Source: a virus
Length of the DNA: 64,000 nucleotides
Reading direction: 5' to 3' (one strand)
IMG/VR virus record: IMGVR_UViG_3300044630_001234
The notes under the pieces were generated by a model. The model did no database searches and was not told the DNA's origin. It worked only from the letters and a program-made list of their open reading frames with translations. Numbering within the stretch: the first letter of the stretch is position 1; the number at the start of each line of letters is the position of its first letter. Positions 35,173 through 46,300 of this stretch are shown piece by piece. Position numbers and translations under genes: made by a program.

Positions 35173-35349
35173 ATGAAATACATATCAGATAGAATGTTGG
35201 CTATTCTAGAACGTTTAAGTGAAATGTTCCCAGGATCTAGCTATCAAAGCCGTTTGGATCAATATCTAAGCACCAAAGGCATTACCGATGCCGCTCAGTT
35301 GGAAAACTACATCCGACAATTCAATTCTCAAAAGGAATCTTATCTATGA
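35173..35349 (+). CDS. small hypothetical protein (58 aa; start at MKYISDRML)
   Basis: Track ORF 35098..35349. The start was moved downstream of the promoter to the ATG preceded by AGGAAAAAT. Confidence 0.4.
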   Translation: MKYISDRMLAILERLSEMFPGSSYQSRLDQYLSTKGITDAAQLENYIRQFNSQKESYL

Positions 35350-35468
35350 AAAACTTTTTAAACACATTATACCAATTTAGCCTAAGTATTGGACAGGCAA
35401 GAGCTGCGGCCGCAATGGCCCGTGCTGGTATGCATGAAGAAGCTAAAGCAATTATGATGGCCAAATAA
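35346..35468 (+). CDS. small hypothetical protein (40 aa), not in the track
   Basis: MKNFLNTLYQFSLSIGQARAAAAMARAGMHEEAKAIMMAK. ATGA overlap with the upstream gene. Confidence 0.35.
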   Translation: MKNFLNTLYQFSLSIGQARAAAAMARAGMHEEAKAIMMAK

Positions 35469-35486
35469 GTTCCGATAAATATTGGC

Positions 35487-36062
35487 ATGAAATTAGTGTA
35501 CATACACGGTGCCAATGCCACCAGCGAGAGCTTTAACTATATCAAGAGTAAACTGGGCACAGGCCTTGACATTAACTATGACAGCCGCAACGGGTTTGAA
35601 AATAACCTAAAAGACATGCAGTTGACATTACAGGACCATAAGGACCTAGTTTTTGTTGCACATAGTCTAGGTGGTATATACAGTTTGCATTTGTCTAACT
35701 CAATGCCCAATGCTGTTAAGGGTGCTGTTACATTGAGTACACCTTATGGTGGTGCAGAAGTAGCAGATTATGCTCAATACTTCTTACCATTCAGCAGACT
35801 AATGCGAGACATTGGTCCTAGTTCGTGGGTTATGAAGCAGGCCAGCCGCATTAAGATACAGCATCCTTGGACCAACATAGTAACAGTCAAGGGCCAAAGT
35901 CCGTTTATGCATGAACCCAACGATGGTGTAGTAACCATTGCCAGTCAAAAGCATCATGCGGATATGGAATTAGTAGAAGTAGAATGTAATCACTACGAAG
36001 TTGTGCTCAGTGATCAAGTTGTTAAACTTGTTAAGGAACGAGTAAACAAGTTTAAAAAATAA
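35487..36062 (+). CDS. alpha/beta-hydrolase (lipase/esterase-like serine hydrolase)
   Basis: Nucleophile elbow VFVAHSLGG (GxSxG), downstream acid and His candidates (NDGVV, HH). Length 191 aa. Confidence 0.65.
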   Translation: MKLVYIHGANATSESFNYIKSKLGTGLDINYDSRNGFENNLKDMQLTLQDHKDLVFVAHSLGGIYSLHLSNSMPNAVKGAVTLSTPYGGAEVADYAQYFLPFSRLMRDIGPSSWVMKQASRIKIQHPWTNIVTVKGQSPFMHEPNDGVVTIASQKHHADMELVEVECNHYEVVLSDQVVKLVKERVNKFKK

Positions 36063-36076
36063 TTCATATCGCTTTA

Positions 36077-36108
36077 CATACAGTTAGTAACACTGTATAA
36101 TAAATATA
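36077..36108 (+). promoter_or_regulatory. sigma70-like extended -10 promoter
   Basis: TTACAT-16 nt-TGtATAAT upstream of ORF 36162. Confidence 0.45.
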
Positions 36109-36161
36109 TACACAGCAATAATGCTGTTTACACATAGACATTAAACACACAGGAGATTAAT

Positions 36162-36434
36162 ATGTCAACAAAATTTGAAACCCCTAAGCTACCAGAAGTT
36201 AAATTTAACAAGAATGGTTACGAAATCCGTACTGATATTCTTGGTATGGCAAAAAGCCTAGTACAAGACGACTTTCAATCTAAGTTTGCAGGTTGGGAAA
36301 TGACTGCTACTCGAGACGAGAAGACTGGTCAAATCGTTAGCACAGTAGCAATGCCAGCATTTCCAGGATTAGACAAGGTATTGGAAACAGCCGAAAAGAT
36401 GTACAGCTTTGTTAACGCTGGCGTTAAGAAATAA
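36162..36434 (+). CDS. hypothetical protein (90 aa)
   Basis: Track ORF. AGGAGATTAAT Shine-Dalgarno site. Confidence 0.5.
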   Translation: MSTKFETPKLPEVKFNKNGYEIRTDILGMAKSLVQDDFQSKFAGWEMTATRDEKTGQIVSTVAMPAFPGLDKVLETAEKMYSFVNAGVKK

Positions 36435-36477
36435 TTAATAATAATATAGGGCATAGCCCAAATAATATATAGTAAGT

Positions 36478-36506
36478 AAAAAAGGACCTTCGGGTCCTTT
36501 TTTTAT
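36478..36506. terminator. bidirectional rho-independent terminator
   Basis: aaaaaGGACCttcgGGTCCttttttt between convergent genes. Confidence 0.6.
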
Positions 36507-36907
36507 AGTGGCTTGCTTTTTAAGTATTCCGGATAGCGTTTGTTAAAGTTACGCATAATAACTCCTGCTATTTCATGTGCTTGATTTTCGTGGGGACTGC
36601 CAGTTTCCCCACTGTCTGCATGTAATTCACCATTCATATTCTGTTTAAAATGCACTAGTTCGTGTGCTACGGTTCTTAGTATATCTACAGGATGACGATT
36701 AGACAATGCCACTGCCAGCATGTTGTCGTCCGGAGAATACATGCCAAAGCTAGGTTGATCGCCTGTATTTAAGTCCGGTGCAAAACGCATCTTAGGAAGA
36801 CTGTCTACTTCTAGCACTTCCATAGCCAATGGCAGAAACTTTTTAAACATTTCTACAACATTGGCATTTTCCTGTGCGCCTTCAACAATAAACTGACTTG
36901 CTCTCAT
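36503..36907 (-). CDS. putative zinc metallopeptidase (HExxH)
   Basis: VAHELVHF plus a downstream ENQAHE. Small (134 aa) minimal-metzincin/SprT-like layout. Confidence 0.5.
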   Translation of the reverse strand: MRASQFIVEGAQENANVVEMFKKFLPLAMEVLEVDSLPKMRFAPDLNTGDQPSFGMYSPDDNMLAVALSNRHPVDILRTVAHELVHFKQNMNGELHADSGETGSPHENQAHEIAGVIMRNFNKRYPEYLKSKPL

Positions 36908-36915
36908 AGCAGTAT

Positions 36916-39900
36916 TTAGCGTCGGACAAAGTGATAGTCTCCGTCGGGCCCGTTGTTGCTAAAAATACCCTGACAATCAAAACCTTGTTCATCCATATAG
37001 GCAATGACTTCGTCTTTTAACGGGGCGCCTTTATTATACTCTACTACCTGTAGTTCTAAGATAACGTGCTTTACGTCTTTAAGTGTTTCTACAGCACCTT
37101 TTAGTACATCAAGTTCTGCACCCTGTACATCCATTTTAACAAAGTCTGGTTTGGGGAATCTTTTAAGATTTGATACTGCATCAACTGTAACTGTTTTTAA
37201 CTTACGCTTATGCGTGTCGTTGAAATAATTTACAGTATCTGGATTAACTACTTCGTTTTCTTTGTAGTAGCTGTTACCACCCGGGTGAATATCGTTTTGA
37301 TAAAACTCAACTTCTTTGCCGGTTTCATTGCTCAGTACACCTATGTGGTATTTCATTCTGCGTTCTTGATACAAGAACTCTGTACTATCCATTGCTTCAA
37401 AAGCTACTATCTCTGCGTCAGGCCATATGCGAGCAGCTTCGTTAGTCCAATGTAGTACACAGGCTCCAATGTCGTAGATTACTTTAGGTTCAAGACCGGC
37501 TGTTTTTAATCCAGCAAGATAGTCTACATGACTTCTAGGTATCAATCGTTGGCTACCTAGTTCTCGCAGCCTTGTTTGAATGTTAGCTACCGGAGACGTA
37601 TCGATAGCAGGAATGTTATTATCAACATTAAAAGTAAAACTTCCTGTGTGCTGGCATTGTATAGTTGTATCGGCCCAAATCTTAAAACCTTTTTCTAAAG
37701 CCTTACGACAAAAGTCAACATCTTCCGAAACAGTGTCTTTGTGATTGATAGCACTATAATATTTAAACTGTGGATAACCTATGGCCTTGAATACTTCTGA
37801 TTTAACTAATACACAGCCAAACCCGCAGCCTGCAATTTCAACTAGTCCCCTGTCTTTAATTTTACCGTAGGGTATATTAGTAACTCCGCCGCGGTCATTT
37901 TTTTCATATAGTTCGAGTATATGCAGTCCTGGCTTGCGTTGAATATACAGTCCGCTGACAACATCCTTGTCATGTGCTAGAAGTTTTGATAGTGTGTCTT
38001 TAGGGAAAGCAATGTCGCTGTCTACGCTGAATAGATAATCAAATCCATTGACTACCCAATCTGCTATCAAGTTGCGAACTTGATCAATGTTGTAGCCATA
38101 GAAGAATTGAAACGTAGTTTCGTAGCCTTCTGGTACTTCTAAATCATATATGGCCTTGAATGTGTCAGGCTCTATGTTACGGGCTGTAGGGATTCCTATC
38201 AGTATCTTTTTTTTTGAAGCATTCATTTTCTTTACAATTATTTGTGCGTTTTGATTCTGCTCAACAGCGTTAACTTTATAGTCATTGAGCGGATTAATGT
38301 CATTATAGTTATACACGACATCTTGTAGGCATTTAACTTTGTTGGGATCTGCGGCTTCTATCAGAGCGTAGAATACCGATCCATCTCCACCAGCTTTAAA
38401 CCACTCACCTCGTTCATTTTGAAACAAACTGTCTGCAATATCATTGAGCAGATATTTTCTAAATGTACGTAAGTGTGTGTAAGGTAATATCCAATTGAAG
38501 TGATGATTCCTATAATCACGAGCTTGTTTAACATGCTCTGGATAAGGCTGGCTAATCAATGGAATGTTATCAACCATTGACCAGCATGATCCATAGGTAA
38601 ACTCTGTAGTACCGTCATATAAGGCATTATACTGACTGAAGATAGTGTTATCGTTGACAAGACTGTCATCACCATCTAACAGCATAATAATAGAGTTGTT
38701 ATTCATTAGGCTGCGTATGTGTTCAATCTGATTACGCACTGCGCCACGATTTTCTGTGTTAACAGCAATTTTAAATCTATCCTGCACTTCTTTAGGCAGT
38801 GCTGCCACTGTGGCCGTTAACACTTCTACAGTATTGTCAGTAGAACAATCGTCAATTAAAATATGCACATAGTTATCGTAGTCCTGTGCGGCTACACTCT
38901 GTATACACTTGGCAATGTAGTCAGCACAGTTATAGAACGGACTGATAACTACAATAGGTTGTTCGTTGCCTGTTTTATAATTTTCAAGTTCGATAGTGTT
39001 ATGAAACTTGCGATTCCAAATCTTGTGTACTCTACGATTGATCTTAGTCACTGCACGATATTCGCTACGAGACAAATATAAGCCTAACTTCTGAACCATC
39101 AACTGTTTCCACTGTAGGGCCACTGTGTCCCAACCTGCTAGGTCCTTGACAATGTTACAGTAGTATTGTTTTTGTTGATGTAGGTACTTGTTGTGATATG
39201 CTTGTACAGTCATAGCAACAAACTTCTCAACCTGCTCTGGCACATTGATATCAGGAAATAGACCGTTAGGTTCTATAGCATAGTCAATGTGATAGCAAGC
39301 ACCTTCTAATGCAATTTCTTCTAAGGCGCCAAATCTGCAGGTAATAGCAGGTGTGTTATACAGTAGACTCTCTAATGTACTGATACCAAACGTTTCAGGG
39401 AATGCTGCCGGATACAACATGAAGTTTGCTAGAGTAAGTATGTCGGCAATTTCACGTTGTGAAATAACTCCCGTAAACTCTATGCCTAGTTTAGCCAGTT
39501 CAGGATCTGCAGCCATGGCCCGCCAATCTTTTTCTTGTTGATCAGGTTCGCTGCCTGTGCTAAATCTATAATAGCCGCCTATGATCTTTAACTTAGCTGT
39601 AGGGATGTGTCTTTTAACGTGTGGCCAAATATACTTAACCAACGGAATCATGCCCTTGGTCACACTTGCATTGTAGACAAACAAGTTAGGGTCTTTAGCT
39701 TTAATGTCTACTTCTGTTTTAAAGTTTCGAGCACCATTACGTGTGATAAAAAACTTATTCTTTAACACTTCAAAGTTGCGTCTGCGTCCGTGGTGGCAAT
39801 TAGCCACATAGGTTAAGTGGAAGTCGCTGAGTGTAAAGATATCTGTAATGCGATTAGACGTTGCTAGTTCTTCAATTAGATTATCACCGAGACAAAATGT

Positions 39901-40284
39901 ATCGTGCATCCATAGCGCACGAACTCGAGCTTTTGCTATTACTCTATTATACAGATCCATGTTCTGGAAAGGAGTAGATCTTATGTCGTTTAATTTAGGG
40001 TAATCACTAGCGTCTGTAAATGGAATCACGGTACGTGAGCTTACAACAATGTCAAACTCATGATCCAGTGCAAGGTCGGTAAGTGGGCGATATGTGACCA
40101 TATCATAAACACCTGGACGAGCATGATCAATGCCGCAGTTGTTAAACACAGTCACGGTAAATCCAATTTGAGCAAGTTCTCTGCTCATCAGTGTAACAGC
40201 ACTTTCGCTGCCCCCTAAACCTTGTTTGTCTACAGTAGTACCATCATAGGGTATACCGATAATATCAATAATAGCGATCTTCAT
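36916..40284 (-). CDS. multidomain glycosyltransferase/methyltransferase (GT4 - GT2 - second GT-A - FkbM MTase), 1122 aa
   Basis: N-terminal GT4: GGSESAVTLMSREL ... ETFGISTLESLLYNTPAIT. Central GT2: ISPFYNCADYI...HILIDDCSTDNT. Third GT-A-like: ILIGIPTARNIEPD...FSVDSDIAF. C-terminal FkbM: VIYDIGACVLHW ... VKMDVQGAELDVLKGA. Confidence 0.75.
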   Translation of the reverse strand: MKIAIIDIIGIPYDGTTVDKQGLGGSESAVTLMSRELAQIGFTVTVFNNCGIDHARPGVYDMVTYRPLTDLALDHEFDIVVSSRTVIPFTDASDYPKLNDIRSTPFQNMDLYNRVIAKARVRALWMHDTFCLGDNLIEELATSNRITDIFTLSDFHLTYVANCHHGRRRNFEVLKNKFFITRNGARNFKTEVDIKAKDPNLFVYNASVTKGMIPLVKYIWPHVKRHIPTAKLKIIGGYYRFSTGSEPDQQEKDWRAMAADPELAKLGIEFTGVISQREIADILTLANFMLYPAAFPETFGISTLESLLYNTPAITCRFGALEEIALEGACYHIDYAIEPNGLFPDINVPEQVEKFVAMTVQAYHNKYLHQQKQYYCNIVKDLAGWDTVALQWKQLMVQKLGLYLSRSEYRAVTKINRRVHKIWNRKFHNTIELENYKTGNEQPIVVISPFYNCADYIAKCIQSVAAQDYDNYVHILIDDCSTDNTVEVLTATVAALPKEVQDRFKIAVNTENRGAVRNQIEHIRSLMNNNSIIMLLDGDDSLVNDNTIFSQYNALYDGTTEFTYGSCWSMVDNIPLISQPYPEHVKQARDYRNHHFNWILPYTHLRTFRKYLLNDIADSLFQNERGEWFKAGGDGSVFYALIEAADPNKVKCLQDVVYNYNDINPLNDYKVNAVEQNQNAQIIVKKMNASKKKILIGIPTARNIEPDTFKAIYDLEVPEGYETTFQFFYGYNIDQVRNLIADWVVNGFDYLFSVDSDIAFPKDTLSKLLAHDKDVVSGLYIQRKPGLHILELYEKNDRGGVTNIPYGKIKDRGLVEIAGCGFGCVLVKSEVFKAIGYPQFKYYSAINHKDTVSEDVDFCRKALEKGFKIWADTTIQCQHTGSFTFNVDNNIPAIDTSPVANIQTRLRELGSQRLIPRSHVDYLAGLKTAGLEPKVIYDIGACVLHWTNEAARIWPDAEIVAFEAMDSTEFLYQERRMKYHIGVLSNETGKEVEFYQNDIHPGGNSYYKENEVVNPDTVNYFNDTHKRKLKTVTVDAVSNLKRFPKPDFVKMDVQGAELDVLKGAVETLKDVKHVILELQVVEYNKGAPLKDEVIAYMDEQGFDCQGIFSNNGPDGDYHFVRR

Positions 40285-40329
40285 GCTATTAATTATACAC
40301 TCTTTATCTGGATAGTCAAAGATATTGGA

Positions 40330-43300
40330 TTAGAACCAATATGCTGATAGTACAGTTGCACCGTCTGTACCGGTTCCTGCTACAAAAAAGTTTTCTGAAC
40401 CTATTAAACTATTGGTAATAGATCTAGAACCTGCTGTAGCAGCACTTAAATTCTGGAAAGCAAATATCTTTAATTGAACAGCATCATTGGTTATAGTATC
40501 AACTGTTACTATTTGATCGACTCTATCAATACCGATGCTTTCTGGATAAGGCATTCTATTAGTATATACGTGTGATCCTTCTCTATTGTATGAGGATCCA
40601 CCAATTGTTGAACTCTTAACAGTTGCAGTTGCTACTGCAATTACAGCAGTAACTGCACCGGCGTTTGTAGCTGGAAATGCTCGACCGCTGCCCCAGATAA
40701 TACGCACGGCACCGACACCGCCCCAACCACCACCGTAGCTGGTACCAGATCCGCCGCCACCGCCACCAAATGCACCACCGTTAATGATACGTAGACCGCT
40801 TTGTCCCGAACCTTCGCCACCACGGCCTTGTTCGCCACCTGAACCACCGCCGCCGCCGAAATAACTAGAACTTCCAACACCATCCGCGCCTTTTCCAAAT
40901 ATGCCAACACCGCCGCCTGCAGGTACACCATATGTACTTGAATAATAACCAGATGCTGCACCAGCGCCTGATCCTGCTGGTGGATTGTAGGCCGTAAAAT
41001 AACCTCCGGCATTATCAGCACCCTGGCCGGCATATCCGCCTGCGCCAGCGCCGCCCCTATTCCAAGATCCTTCAAATGCTCCATTACCGCCACGTCCACC
41101 GCCATCTCCTAAGAAGCCGCCGCCGTAGCCGCCACCGAATGAGGTAGCACCAGGGCCGCCGCGTCCACCACCATAACCTGCTACTGTAGCAGTTGAGATA
41201 AAGTAACTGGTACCGCCTAGGTTCGTTGATAGGTTACTTGCGTTGCTAGTTGATTCACCACCTTGACCAACTACAACAGTATATGATACTCCGGGAGTAA
41301 CTGGAATGTTATTCTTCCAACCTAGGCCACCACCACCACCGCCACCAGAACTCCAAACATGGCCACCACCGCCTCCGCCGCCTACGGCTACAACACTTAC
41401 TGATGTAACTCCGCTTGGTGCTGTCCACGAATATGTACCTGTAGTAACATAAGTCGCATCACCCGCTGTTGGATAGGATCCAGTGCCACCTGTTGGAACC
41501 ACTCCGCTGATTACACCTAACTTAGGAGTTGATGTTCCTGTAGAATAGCAGGTAATTTGATTAATGCTGCCAATAGCCGACACAACAACAGTATTTCCAT
41601 CGCCGCCATTACCGCCTGATACACTAGAGGTTGTGATAGTTACTATTGATCCGGCAGTATAGTTACTAGTACCTTTAAGGCCAATAACTGTAAATGACCA
41701 AGATGCAGTTGTTATAGTCGATATAGAACTAATTGTAGGATCTAACTCAAGTTCACCAGTTGAGTAAATTGAATTAATCGCTCCTGGAGTAGGAGCTACG
41801 CTACCATATGCTAAACAGCTAATACTATAACTGCTGGTATTAACCACAGTAATATATACAATATTTCCTTGCCCAAGATTACCAACTCTAGCCTGTGCAG
41901 AAAGAATATCTTTAGTAGCAAATCCAACTGTTGAACTCAGTCCTGTTATATCAAATATCCAAGGACCCGAACCTATTACAGTTCCAATGGTACCTACTGC
42001 GCCTGAATCTACACCTATCGAGATCGATGCGCTAAATGTTGCTCTAGTAGTGGTTGTAATAATCTTTGCATTATCAGCAGTTCTAACATAATTGCCAAGG
42101 TGTCCAGCAGCGTTGACTGATACAGTAGCCGCTTGCTGGCCGCCGTACAAGAATCCTTGATATTCAGGAATAACCCATCTAGACTTACCATAGGCTACTG
42201 TAGTATCTCTGGTATAACTACCTACAGGTTCTGTTGCCTGATTACCAATTAGATTTCCTTCGGCGTATGGACTATTAGCTGTAATAGTAACTATCATCGA
42301 GTCATTACCATTATCACTAGGCAGAGCACTAAATCTTTGTCTAATAACCGGAGTTTCAGATGCATTTGCACCTGCAATTAATACAGATGCTGCTGGTCCT
42401 GATCTAGCACCGAAGCCGGTATAGATTGTACTAGTTGATATTGGTGCGTAATTAATAATTGGTAATGCAACTCCGGTTGAATAATCTGTCCCTAGCCATT
42501 CAGATTTCTTAATTCTAATATTACTAAAGCCGCCAAAGGTACTGTTTACAGAATAAAAACTACTATCGAAGTAAACTGTCTGACCTGTTCCTTTAAACAC
42601 TGAATAGAGTAACTTGCTACCGTTATAATGTTTAATGTAACCATCGGTGGTATAAACAATGTAAAACTTATTAGCTGGATTCCAAGATCCACCTTGGTCA
42701 CCTAAATTTGAACCGTTATGATGAATATTGAAATTGTTAGACTGGTACGGATATGCAGCCCAGTCTATGGTATCATAACTTGCATTAGCAGTTGGGTCAG
42801 CGTTCCAACCTATCATGGCATAGCTAGCACCGTTATCTGTGGCTGCTGCTTGCTTATAGAATTCCATGGTAACAGGTGCTGTAAATCCCGTTGAAATATA
42901 TGCTTGATTATCCCAGTTAATTGATCCTGAAGTTTTAAAAACAGTTACGTCAGTGGTTCCGTTATTTGTTACTGTTAAGTTCCCGGACGCAACTAACGTT
43001 ATTGTTTCGTAGGGAACAGTTACAGTCGAGAAGGACATTACTGCACCAGTTGTAGATACAGTTCCTATTCTACCAGAAGTTGCAGTAGCAGTTGATAAAC
43101 AAGTGATCTGTTCGCTGTTAAGCACCGACGTTACATACACTGTAGCTGTGCCTAGACTACCTACCATGTTAGTAGCAGTGATAATTGACCCATATATAAA
43201 TGCATTAGTGGATGTTAGGCCGGATATAGTAAATGTATATGGTGCTATTGTAGTTATAGGTGTAAATGGATTTATCACTGATACTACAGCAGAGGTCTGT

Positions 43301-46300
43301 GTTATCGTATTATTGTAAGACGAATTATCAATAAACGATGTACTTTGGCAAGTTAATAAAACTGTGTATGTACCTGTTGAAATAGGTGCAATATTTGTAC
43401 CACTGATTTGTGTTGTAGCCAAAGTAGATGTGGTAGGTGTAAAATTACCGGTGTAAACTGCCAGGCCTTTTACCAGTCTAAAATTAGATAGGTAGCCGTT
43501 AAAATATTCTGAATATCCTCTGGCGTTACCAATTAAAAATGGCTCTGTATTATCTGCACCCATTGAAATAGCCACTGAATACACCAATGAACCGTTTACA
43601 TATATGTTTAATGTAGAACCAGTGTAGACCCATGCACAGTGACTCCATACTCCTGCAGTTAATGTATAGCTTGAATTGTATTCAGTTCCATTATAAAAAC
43701 TGATAACACCTGTGCTGATTCTTAAAAAACCCTCATACGATGTAGTGCCAGAACTAGTAACACGTTTACAAAAGATAGCACGATATGCAGAGTAATCACC
43801 GTCTGGTCTAATCCAGCACTCTGCTGTCCATGCTAGGTTGTTTAAATTAAAATTAGTAGAGTGAGCAATCTGTAGGAAACTAGTTGATCCATTAAAACTG
43901 ACACTGTAGGAACTAGTATTAGTTAGAGTCGATACGCCAGTTACTGGTCCGATATAATTTCCGATGTCTGGACCGGCGGAATAAATTCCAACAATAGTAC
44001 CAGTGGTCGGTGCTAAGGTTCCATTTTGAGCTATACAGGTTATGGACGTACTACTATTAACCTCAGTTACTATTACAGTGTTACCACCGAAACTTCCACC
44101 TAATGGTGTTGATCGTACAATAGTACCTGTGGTAAATTGTGCAGTTGACCTTAGTTGTTGAATGGTCAGTGTCCAAGGATTTGTTCCGGATACTGAAGTA
44201 ATTAATCCTGGGGTGGTATCTGATGTTACTGATAAGATGTTGGTCAACGTGCCAACATTATAATCTCTAATAGTAGCACTAGATACTGAAACTACACTTA
44301 CAAACGCTGATTGCACTCCGAAGTATTTGTTTTCTAATGGAGTTGGTATTGTTACACCAGAAGATGACCCACTTGCAATTCCAGCTGTGTATATTTCTAA
44401 GATTTGAGCGGCTGTTAATTCACCGCTTATAACTTGTATTGCATCTAAGGCAGTCGGAGCTTCAGTACCTGCATACGGGTAACCGTTGCCTATGTAACTT
44501 GTTCCAGGATAACTTGAGTTAACAGCTATGTTAGTTAGTTCCTTAACTCCGTTAACGTATGCATCCACCTGATAATTTGATTTAACTACCCAAGCTAGGC
44601 AGAACCAATTATTTGTGTTTACTAAAGTTGTTCCAACGTTTTGTGTTGCATTGGCTACACAAATTTTTCCTGAGCTAATTCCCAGACCCCAGTATATGCT
44701 GTTTGCAGGATCACTGAAAATAGGCACACTAGGAGAATATGATCCGCCGCTGGCAGTTTGAGTTCCTTTGTACCATGCTACATAAGTCTTACTCCAATTA
44801 CTGGCCACTGTGGTTAATTCGTTGATTCTTAGATAATTACTGGCCATGTTCCAACCAGTAGCGTGTCCGGTATTTTGAACACCGCCTGTAGTAGGGAATG
44901 TTAAACTACCGGTTGTAGTCAATGAATAGGAGCCTGATATAGTAATTGCACCACCGTTGAATTGAATACCTAATAATTTCGTAGCACCAGGCGGAGTTAA
45001 AAGTTCATTTCCGAGTGAAACACCACTGTAACTAGAACCGGTATACGCCTGTACTGTACCGGCCCATACTAGACGTACAAATCCGTTACCACCGGAGCTG
45101 GCTAGGCCAGTTCCACCATCCCAAGAACCACCACCACCACCGCCAGGAAATCCACCTTCTCCACCCCGCGATCCTGCTGAAGATAATCCGTTGCCTGCAC
45201 CGCCGTTAGTGCTAGAAACTATAGGAGTATAGGTAGCAGATCCACCACCACCGCCACCTGTTACGTTATTTTGTCCAGCACCGCCAGCACCACCACTATA
45301 TCCACTATTAGAACCTCCTGTGCCTGCTGAGAAACTTGCGGCACCGCCACCACCAGCGCCAGCGCCCCCATTAAACCCAGATTGATATAAAGTACCGCTA
45401 GGACTGTATGAAGTACTACCGTTTCCGCCCGCACCTCCCAAACCACCTGCGCCGCCACCACCACCACCTCCGTCCCAACCAGCGCCGCCTGGGCCACCGG
45501 CGTAACCCCCAGTGGTTACCCCGCCTGGAGTATTAGCAAAACTAGGAGCAGCAGGTGCCGGAGCACCTGGATTAGTGCTGTAAGGCGTACCACCGATACC
45601 ACCGGGGACAGTCATAGTGAATGAGCCAAACGCAACTGAGCTCAATCCACCATCTGGTGCTTTTGTATTTTTTGTCGCAGTGGCTATTCCGCCTAATCCA
45701 ACAACTATGGTAAGAGTTTGACCCGGAGTCACTGATAGGTTATTGAAGAATCCAGCCGATCCACCAGAGCCACCACCGCCACCACCGTCACCGCTGTTTC
45801 CGTCATCACCTGCGCCACCTGCGCCAACTGCCATTACTGATAATGTAGTTGCATTTGAAGGAACAATGAATGTATATGTTCCAGGCGCAGTATAATTTTG
45901 ATCAGTTTCTACTGGCACTGGTGGCGTATATGTTCCGCCGGGGACACTGATAGAGTCGATCAATCCCGCAGTTGGAGCAAGGCTGCCGATTCCACCATAG
46001 GCTACAGCAATAATGCTAGTAGGGCTAGTAACTGTAGATACAGTTACCGTACTTCCTACGCCAAAACTTCCAAGTTTACCCGAACTGGTTGTTGCTGTTA
46101 TTATCGAAGTAGCTGTTAACGAAGATACAGTACTAGATGAAATATTGTAAATTCTAAAGATCCAAGAAGAACTTGTAATTGGAGTAACTCTGTAAACAAA
46201 GGTTCCTGTTGTGCTAGGATTAATTTCGGAATTGACTTGAGTTGATATACTAGTGCTAGTTGATGAAGTTGTATAAAATTTAGTAAATGCTAGAGTACCA

